A stretch of 64,000 bases of DNA from the NCBI RefSeq assembly GCF_018977255.1, contig NW_024704742.1, forward strand, positions 80,850,001 through 80,914,000, written 5' to 3'. Each line of letters begins with the position of its first letter. Positions within the stretch are counted from its first letter, which is position 1. Source of the DNA: Callorhinchus milii. Taxonomy: Eukaryota. The notes below the pieces were generated by a model. It was not told where the DNA came from. It was given only the letters and a program-made list of their open reading frames with translations, and made no database searches. The position numbers and the translations under genes are program-made. Shown piece by piece: positions 54,841 to 64,000 of the stretch.

Positions 54841-56689
54841 TAGAGCAACCTAACATACAGGATTGGCAAAATAATGCAAATACTGAACAAAGCTGCAGAT
54901 TCCTTGATGTGTCTTAGGCCAACACTGGAGCTCTGCTTTGTTTCTTTTCTTGGTTTTGAATTCCATGAAGATTGATGCAGACAGAAGAAGATTGTGCCAG
55001 AAATTTTTTTAATTCTTTGCAAATCTTAAAAATTGGTCTGAAAAGTGCCACAGTAGCACTCTTTGCAGGTTTGTTGAATGGAAGTTGAGAATGACACTTA
55101 TCTTGTTGGTGATAGATCAAATAACAAAATAACAGCTGAGCTGCAGAGCTCCAAGTGCTTCTCAATGAGCCAAGAGACTGAAGAGTGACAGCAGCTTTAC
55201 GAAAAAATGTCTTTTTTAAGTGAAATCAATTCAAGAGTTTGCAAGACCTCTAACCAACACATTCACCCATAAAATATATAGTCACTGCACTCTACAGTGT
55301 AGTAGATCCTGAGAGGCGCTTTGCGACACTCGAATTCATGATAAAATACAATGACAACATCAAAATGATTCTTATTAATAATCACTTGTGTATACACACA
55401 AATAGATACAATATGGACATTGAGTTGTGCTCCTCATGGTTAAATGTTAACCAGATCAGGGAGAGTGACATTCAACTTGCCACTAAGTTGAGCAATGTTG
55501 ACAATGGTACTGAAAATCCTATTGTTTGCAAGCTGGACATCAGTGGGTAAACAGTGACTTTACAGTTTGTAAATGAAATTGCAAGTTCAGTTTCAACAAA
55601 AGAGGAAAACAATCCCAATTCCAAAGATCTGGGATCCCAAAGACCCACACGCATCATTTTGCTCCCGACCAGAAAAATCTGGGGAAAATATTCATCCTTT
55701 CAATTGAATCTCAGAGAATTAGTATTGCAACAGGTATCTTACTTTATTTTGTCTCAAAGATGTCCTGGATATTTTATGACTTTATGATTGAGTGGAGTAT
55801 AGTTACCAGTCATACACATTGTCAGGGAGCAGGTCATAATCATAGATTTTTCGATATAGATATTGTCCGACATCAGTAGTACACTGTATGCATGGAGTCA
55901 CAATCTACCACTGTCAGTTAAGAATGATTGGCATAAATTGCCAAATGTGTAAATTATTTTCTTAAGCAATCTAAAAGATACCCTAGAGTGAATACAAAAC
56001 AATAATTGAGATTGATATGACAGCTATACACCTCTCAAGAGCTCGCTCTTATGGATTCTGTCTCGATGAAATTACTATCTTGGAATGAGTCCCGAGGAAT
56101 CAGAATGCTCGCTTAACAGAGCATTTGTTTCAACATGTGCACTGCACAAGAACATCATCACCACAGTATTAACTATTCCACATTCTAGTTACTGCACTTG
56201 CATGAACATTTGTAATCTAGTCCAACGTGCAGCTGAATAATTTTTTTTAAAAAATTTCTTCTGATCAGCAAAGACGCAGTCCAAATCACACTTGCAAGGT
56301 ATGTTCTTTTACAGAACTACCCATCCTAAGGCATCTGTTACTTCATTCACACGACAAAGTGTTTTTCCTGTTATCCAAGAGACATAGCAATTTGAAGGAG
56401 ACATGCAATTCCAGGCGAGAATAGTTAAGAGTGTCTTGAGACCTTGGCTGTAGCAAACAATAGAGACCCAGAGTATCCTTTCATTCTTTGACATTCATGA
56501 CATTTTTACATCTCCAGAATCTTGGCAACTCTTGCCTTTGGCAACCTTTGTCATCCTGCCAGCAGCACAGAACAAACGTGTTCACCTCAGCCGTGAAAAC
56601 CTTCACAATATCACAAGAGAAGTCAGATGAATAAGGCCTTTTGGGAACAGATGGGCCATGCGTATGCTCTTATTTTGCTTGAGTCCAAA

Positions 56690-57788
56690 TACCTGACTGT
56701 CCAGTGCCTTGGGACATCCTCCCAACTTGAAAGGTGCTATACAAATGGAATCGTTGATGGTGGTGTTAAGTCAATTGGGTGACATCTTCCGCAGACATGG
56801 GGTAAATTTCCACATGTATGCTGATGACCCCCATCTCTACCTTTCCTCCTCTACCCTCAACTCCCCGACCACCGATATCCTGACAGCCTGCCTGTCCGAC
56901 ATCGAGTCCTGGATGAGGGCAAACTTTCTCCAATTGAACGTCAGCAAGACCGACAGCCACCTGATTGGCTCACGTAGCCCTCCGCACCTCAGGCGCTGGC
57001 AGCATCAGCATCCACAGCTGCACACTCAACCTAAGCCAGTCAAGAACCTGGGAGTCTTGTTTGACCCTGAATTGTCCTTTCTCCCCCACATCCGCGCCAT
57101 GACCGGCACTGCCTACCACCACCTCCGCAACATTGCCAGACGCCGCCACTGCCTCACCCCTCAGGCTGCCAAAACCCTCACCCACGCATTCGACACATCA
57201 AGGCTCGATTATGGAAACTCTTTCCTCATTGGCCTTCCCAACTCTTTCCTTCACAAACCGCAGATCAACCAAAACTCATGTACTCTCGCTCACCAGGCTC
57301 CATGACCCAATCACTCCCACCCTCGCTCGACTCCACTCGCTCCCCATCCCACAGAGGATAGAATTCAAGATCCTCGTCCTCACTTTCAAGGCCATCCATG
57401 GCTTTGCCCCCTCCTACCTCTCTGACCTGCTGACTCCCTACCAACTTGCCCACTCCCTCCGTTCAGCAGGCTCCGGCCTGCTCCATGTCTCCCGCCCGAC
57501 CTGCCCTGCCATCGGTGGCCGAGCTTTCAGCCTGTCTGCCCCCACACTCTGGAACTCCGTCCCTCGGTCCCTTTGCCACGCTTCCTCCCTTGCCTCCTTC
57601 AAGGCCAGTCTCAAGACCCTCTTCTCCGATTGTGCCTTCGGTCGCCCTCCCACCTCTCTGCCTTTATTCACCCCTATACCACCCCTCCCCCATGCTTGGG
57701 CCTTGATACCTGACTGTTCAGCGCTTTGGGACATCTTTCAGACGTGAAAAGCACTCTCTGAATTAATTTTGTGGTGGTTGTTATTGTT
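56690..57788 (+). mobile_element. L2 LINE, same subfamily as 10165-11450, preceded by an isolated L2 tail
   Basis: RRHGVNFHMYADDPHLY, HAFDTSRLDYGNS, PIPQRIEFKILVLTFK, LWNSVP. Confidence 0.92.
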
Positions 57789-59975
57789 GAAGGCCTGACC
57801 GCCAATGGTGGGGCGGGCCAGGCTGGGTTAATGGAGCAGGCCAGAGTCTGCTGAGTGGAGGGAATGGACAGGTTGATAAGGAGTTAACTGTTCAGAGAGG
57901 TAGGAGGAGACAAGGCCATGGAGGACCTTGAAGGTGAGGATGATAATTTTTAACTCGATAGAGACCATGAGTATTCTTTGTTCGAGCGCCTCGGGACATC
58001 CTCCCGACTTGAAAGGCGTGATACAAATGTAATTTTGATGTTGTTGTTGGTGTTCACCTACCTATTCATTCTTTGATAGCGCTGGAAATCTCCGTGTGAT
58101 GTGGCAAAGGCAAGCATCCTCGCTGCAACTGTGTCCAGGATCAATGGTTTCTTGTGAGGCGAGGAAGTACCCCTTACAATTGCCTTATGAAAAGAATCCT
58201 TGTATTTGATATAGAGCCTAATTACACCATGCAGACATTTCAAAGCGCTTCACAGAATATACTGTAAAGTGAATTGTCTGTATATTATTATTGTAATTAT
58301 TACACATTTCCACTAACCGGTGCTCTGTCCTACCTGTGTTTGAGGAAGATGCTTTACTGTTACAGAAGATGATGTGTATAAGACATTTTACAAATTGAAT
58401 GCTCAAAGCTGATTAAATCACACAAAATCAATGATACTGGAGTCTGTTCACCACAGATAAGCAATCCTATTGCATACTTATGGTGTTTATTGGAGCACTG
58501 CCCAAGTTACGGGAATCAACACTAAGTGAACAGCTGTGGATTTTATTTGCCTTCAGGATATTGGCACTATATGAATACAGGTGGTTGTTGTTGTTGTTGT
58601 GGTGGTGGAGTCCCAGGCTGAACGACATTTGTGTTGTATCTCTCCGCTGCAGCCTGTCATTCAGCAGTGACAGAACTGGCAAATTTGGTCAGTGCTTCAA
58701 TTCCAGCATCTGTGGAGTTCATGTGCTTGAAGCAGATTGTCACTGACAGGAGAAACTAATGGCACAAAGGCATTCCCAATGAGACAGTGATTGGGGAGGT
58801 GTCACTATGAATTTTTTTGGGGAGGGGGCGAGAAATTAAATGATGATGTTACAAAGAACAAATGCAAACTGTCTCAAGAAATAGTGACTTTGTAGAACTT
58901 TCACTGAGAGAAAATTAGAATCAAGGAGTCAGAACAGAGAGTTGTGTTATCTGCAATGATAAAAGGAGGAAGTAAACCACACAAACTCCATATATCACTA
59001 CAGCTTTACTTTCGAGTTGGCTCCAGAACTTGCATTCTGCTCATATCATCAGTTCAGAGAACGGAATTTCTCCTGGTGTCCTGGTTAACAATGCCCCCAA
59101 ATAAAATTGATCTTCACTTTATGGCTGTTTGTAGGACATTGCTGTGCACATACTTCAGCTGTGTTTGCCTACAAAACACACAGTAATTACACTTTCAATA
59201 AGTCCTGCTCCTGATGTGAAAAGTGCTATATCAAATACATGTATAAGAATTATTATTATTCATTCTTCTTCTGAAAAAGCTAGATGGTAACAATTTTTAT
59301 ATAACAAAAATGAATACATGCCAGATATGTGATTGCAAATCTATTGCTAAGTGATCTGAGTGACCAAAATACCCTTATATCAAGAGACTTGAGGACAACG
59401 GCACATATTCTCCCTATAAACAAAGCTGAGTACCAGCAATGTGTATGTAGACATAAGGACATCACCTGTCAAAGCACCTGTTGATGTCAAAGGACATTTA
59501 ACAATAGAATTGCAGTTGCCTTACACAAGTTTTCAGCATTCTACCCATCACTCTTTCCTTAACAAAGGCTCAAGCTTACTTTGTTCGAGACTGGATTATG
59601 CTGGACAACTCACAATTTACCCCTTTTGTTTTAAAAAACCTTTTGTTTCATCTCAACGATAGACACATTACCAAAGGACATGTTTCCATGAGAAAGTCAA
59701 ATTTTGTCTTGTTACCTTGAAAGGGTCATAAAGTATGTAGCAGCTACACCAGTGCCATGGAGGTAGAAATAGATCCAGCCAAGAATACGGATGAAACAAT
59801 CATCTTTAATCAAACAAAGCCCATAAAAACAAACTGCAAGAAGAGTAGAGGACACCAATGGTTGCGACAGGTGTCCTCCATTTGGTTCTCTCCATAATTA
59901 GCATTCTCACCATCATTGTGTTGTCCCAATTGTTATTGTAACTGACCTTTAGTACTGGAGAGTGGGTCGGGGAGA

Positions 59976-61890
59976 CAACAACAACAAAATTACATTAATA
60001 ATCCTAATAATAATAATCCTTGCATTTGATATAGCGCTTTTCACGTCGGGAGGACGTCCCAAAGCGCTTCACAGAACACACTGTAAAGTGAATTGACTGT
60101 ATATTTGTGGGCGAACGCGGCAGCCGATTGTGCACAGCAATGTACCACAAACAGTCGTAGATTGAAAATGACCAATTTATTATTGTTTTGGGTTTTGGAG
60201 GGATTATTATTAGGCGTGTGGAGTAAGGAAACTTGCCCAAGTTTTCACCCTGCCTGGAATTGAATACAGATCTCTTGCTTGCAAAGCGAGTACTCTAACC
60301 ACTGAGCTACAGGACTGCATTTGTATAGTACCTTTCACTTCGGGGGACATCCCAAGGTGCTGGACAATCAGTGTTTCGGACCTGAGCTGGGGATCGGGGA
60401 GGGTGGATGGCAGTGGGGGAAGGAAGGTGATCGAAGGCACGGTCGCAGAGGAGTGTCTTGAGATGGGTCTTGAAGGAGGCAAGGGAGGTAGAGGGACTGT
60501 GGAATGGAGTTCAAGAAGGTGGGGGCAGAGTGACAAAAGACTCACTGTCGATGATGGGGAGGTCGAGGCGGGACGCGTGAAGCAGGCTGAGCGGAGGGAG
60601 CGGGCAGGATGGTAGGGGGTTACGAGGTTGCAAAGGTAGGGTGGAACAAGGCCATGGAGGATTTTGAAGGTGGTCAACGGTATTAAAGGCAGCAGAGAGG
60701 TCAAGGAGGACGAGTGAGCCCTGGTCGCAGATGGACAAAATGTCTTTAGTCACTTTGAGCAAAGCTGTTTCTGTGCTGCGGGTGGTACGGAAACCCAAAT
60801 AGAGGGGTTTGTGAAGGGAGTGGCAGGAGAGGAAGGATCGAAGCTGGGAAGCAATGAGTTGTTCCAAGACCTTGGAAAGGAAAGGCAGGTTGGAGATGGG
60901 GCAGTAGTTTGATAGTAGGGAAGGATCCAGGGCGGGTTTTTTAAGGATAGTTGTGATGATCACCGTTTTTAAAAGGGAATGGTGCCAATGGGCAGGGAGA
61001 GGTTTATGGTGTCTGTGAGTAAGGGGGGTAAGTAGGTAGAGCTGGAAGGTTAGGAGAAAGGTAGGGTTAGGGTTGAGGGAGTGGGTGGTTGGTTTCATGA
61101 GGGTTGTAGAAGTGGTGAGAGAGGAGTAGGAGAGGTTCAAAGGTGTGGAGGGTGGGATGCGTAGGGGGTGGGGTGTGAAGGGGAGATGTGGAGGGGGTAG
61201 TATTCAGAATGGCAGAGGTAACTGAGCAGATCGCCTCAACTTTGGTTTCGGAAGTCCAGCATCTCTTCGCAGTTGGCATTGGAGGAGAGGTTGGGCGAGA
61301 TAAGAGAGGGTAGGCAGAGGAAGCGGCTGGTGATGGAGAAGAGGAGCCTTAGGTTGTCCTTGGCCTCCAAGATTGTCTTGGAGTAGAAGGACGAATTTAG
61401 CGGAAGTGAGGGCAGAGCAGTAATTCTGATAAGGTCCATCCAGATTTGCCAATGGGACTGTTAAGTTAGATTTGAGCCTGGTGCGTACAGTGGCATGCAC
61501 CTGTGCCTTGAGGGAGCGGAGGTGGTGTATCAGGGTGACTTCCGTGAGTAGCAGACTGTTCGGGATATGAGGGGAGCAAGGGCATTGAGAATGGTGGAGA
61601 GGGAGTTGTGGAGGAGAGTGACCGAGGATAGGTAATTGCAAGAGGAAGCCCAGAGGGGGAGGAGTTCAGATGACTCCAAGGTAGGGAAAAGGGAGGGGGG
61701 GGAGATTTTTTTCCAGGAGCGGTAGGAGATGGAGGTGGGTTGGGTGTTGGTCGGGAGAGGGATTGAGGAGTTAAGGGAGATGAAGTAATGGTCCGAGATT
61801 GGTTTGTCGTTGATGGTGAGATCCGAGATGCTGAGGCCCCATGTGGATGTGGAGGGAGAGGTTGTAAGAGGAGAGGAGAGAGGAGAAATG
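59976..61890 (-). mobile_element. L2 LINE with internal deletions, tail interrupted by a SINE
   Basis: LKKPALDPSLLSNYCPISNLPFLSKVLE, STETALLKVTKDIL, LLDLSAAFNTVD. Confidence 0.85.
60004..60316 (-). mobile_element. young full-length tRNA-headed SINE with L2-like tail
   Basis: Head agtcctgTAGCTCAGTGGttagag...ttcaattcc (pol III A/B boxes, TGC anticodon-like loop); tail gggacgtcctcccgacgtgaaaagcgctatatcaaatgcaagg(att)n. Confidence 0.9.
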
Positions 61891-62859
61891 TTAAAGTGTA
61901 TAGGTAGACATGGCTTGTCCAGTTTACCCTGTTACCAAAATAATATGCATCACAACAATATACTATAAGTGGAAGAGAATCACATTGGAGCAAAACCTTT
62001 CGCTCGTCAGTAGTTACCAACCTTGGCAGTTTCGCTACTATAACTGGAGCGATGTCCCCATTTATAAGAGTACCCTGGTATGGATGGTAACTTTATCATC
62101 CTGTAACTTTTTAACTTGGAACACGCACCATGCACTAAACTGGTAAATTACTCAATCCCTTATCTGTATTTGCAAAGTTAACAGGCAAACCAATTCAGGA
62201 ACCAACCAATTCATAGTTCGGGGGAAAAATCCTCAATCTGATATTTGAGGTGTCACTCTGTTTCTAATACTCTGACACTTACTGATACCATTGATTCCAT
62301 AAACAAATGAAACATTGACAAAGAAGCTATGATAAGCCTCATAATAGTGTTAAAATGGTATTAATTTTGCATGGCATCCTTCTGTAATAAAAAAGGTACG
62401 GAGCCCTAATTAAATTTTTAAACAGTTTAATATTTAATTATATGTTAATATGTTTTTGGATGGTATCCAACATAATGTATTATGCAAAACTATGTAAAGT
62501 TATACATGAAGTGGTCCAAAGTCTATTTGATAAAATGTTAATGAAGTAGCAAATTCCTTCCCACAGGGAAGACAAAGACCTGCTTCTTAATCGTGAAAGA
62601 GTCTCGGTTTGCAGTAAAGCTAATGTAGGTCAATCATAATGTTCAGCTAGGAGTATTGAAAGCAAATAAAGGCAACAGGAATGCCCATTCTCCAATATGG
62701 TTGCGTTCAAAGCACGACAAAGTCATGCTTTCGGGATACTTAACGATAACCAAGATATTGGGTTAGTCCTTTCCAATCTGCGTTAGCAAATCCCATTCCT
62801 TGCCCGGTTGCGTTCCCTTCTCTTTTGAAGGTAGTTCTGAGGATGCTATTAGCCTTACC

Positions 62860-63330
62860 CAAACTTAAATTTTAATAAAGCTTTAATCTCTAGGACCTGA
62901 ATTTGAATCCAGTCCAGATTTTTGGATGAAACTCTCCTCTGTCTGTTTACTGTAAAAGTCTTCATGCCAAGTGAGTCTGACCCACATCCTTGTGGGTGTG
63001 AGCTCACAGCATAAATTTGCTCTTAATTTGACACCAACTTGGCATTCTTATTCAGAGTCGAAGAATGTAGAAAGTATTAAAAGTTAAAGAGGTGCAGTGG
63101 GGAAACTCTACTGAGAATTGGGCTTAAAGGCATTATTGGAATCAAGTGGGGGAGCATTACTCTTCATCTAACTGGGCTATACCTGAAACAAAAACAGAAG
63201 TCTCTGGGAAAAAAAAAGCAGGTCGGCCGCATCTATGGAGAAAGGAAAGTAAGTCAACATTTCGGGTCCATGACCCTTCATCAGAACTGGGCTATATCTG
63301 TCCTGGGAGTTTTTATTGCTGACACTAGGC
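62860..63330 (+). mobile_element. ancient LF-SINE-like element (second partial copy about 24530-24725)
   Basis: ctctaggacctgaatttgaatccagtccag, aatttgacaccaacttggcattc and agtgggggagcattactc...gctatacctg are collinear with the LF-SINE consensus as recalled. Confidence 0.5.
63186..63288 (-). mobile_element. Penelope-type terminal fragment carrying a minimal hammerhead motif
   Basis: Related to 34953-35030; minus strand CTGATGA-A-GGGTC-ATG-GACCC-GAAA; flanked by a 16-bp near-perfect direct repeat. Confidence 0.6.
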
Positions 63331-63469
63331 ATCCAAACTGATGAAATGTTCCATTTTCCAGCAATAACAAAATTTCCCTGAAAAAGGAAAGAGAAACAAT
63401 TTTTTTGTTTTTGACAGCTCTTTCATACAGACTCGGGAGAACAATGTGAAAGCTGGGGATCATTCAGCT

Positions 63470-64000
63470 CACTGAGTCCACATCAGCTCACAGAATAAAG
63501 ATTTCAATTAAATGTCACTGCCCTGCCTTCTACCCATACCCCTTCAATCCCCTCGCTTTCATATGCCTGTCTACTTCCCTCTTGAAAACTACAATATACT
63601 CCGCCCTCACCAACAACAACAACAACAAAATTACCTTTGCATAGCGTCTTTCATTTCGGGAGGACATCCCAAGGCAGGGAGTTCCACACCGCAACAACTC
63701 TCTGTGTAAAAAAAAATCCTCCTAAGTTCTCCTTTCGCTATTCTTGTTGCTATCTTATAACTATGTCCCCTAGTTACTGATTCCCTATCAATTGAAATAA
63801 CTTATCCCTTTTTACCCTAACAAAACCTCTCAGAATTGTCTACACCTCTATCAGATCCCTCCTCAGCTACAATGTAAACAGACCCAGCTTTTCTAATCTC
63901 TTCTCATAACTGTAGCCCTTCATGCCCAGAATTATTGTCTATGAACCTCCTCTGCACCTCCCCTAAGGACTATTTCTTGGTGAGGTGCCCATAACTGGAT
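63470..64000 (-). mobile_element. CR1 3' fragment with short L2-tail insertion (about 63610-63675)
   Basis: Reverse complement reads gggatctgatagaggtgtagacaattctgagaggttttgttagggtaaaaagggataagttattt, typical of the CR1 ORF2 end. Confidence 0.75.

Noticed and set aside
55171..55220. Second hammerhead-like string CTGAAGA-gtga...ttac-GAAA
   Set aside because: Stems I and III rely on A/T runs and wobble pairs; no repeat context; likely chance
54753..64000. PLPPR1 upstream coding exons (LVIMAGTVLLAYYFE-type)
   Set aside because: Not found by eye in the window; presumably beyond 64000

Overview
Vertebrate genomic DNA, most likely from a cartilaginous fish (inferred from the CR1/L2/Deu-type SINE repeat content and CR1 tails made of ATTCTATG units). 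Two neural genes converge tail-to-tail. On + are the last six coding exons of GRIN3A (NMDA receptor GluN3A: S2 domain, M4, C-tail; 7106-21853). On - are the last five coding exons of PLPPR1 (54752-36720). All exon boundaries were read by hand; they are GT-AG and phase-consistent. The 5' parts of both genes lie outside the window. Most of the remainder is retroelement-derived: nested CR1 and L2 LINEs (two with long uninterrupted RT frames), a young tRNA-headed SINE sharing its 3' tail with L2, older Deu-type and LF-SINE-like elements, and Penelope-type terminal fragments. Best leads: a minimal hammerhead-ribozyme motif in a PLPPR1 intron, an exact 29-bp direct repeat bracketing one GRIN3A exon, near-identical inverted SINEs around an in-frame four-exon PLPPR1 block, candidate alternative terminal exons and acceptors, and direct GRIN3A-PLPPR1 adjacency. 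Repeat boundaries are approximate and family names come from recalled consensus features, not a database search. I found no convincing wholly new gene system.
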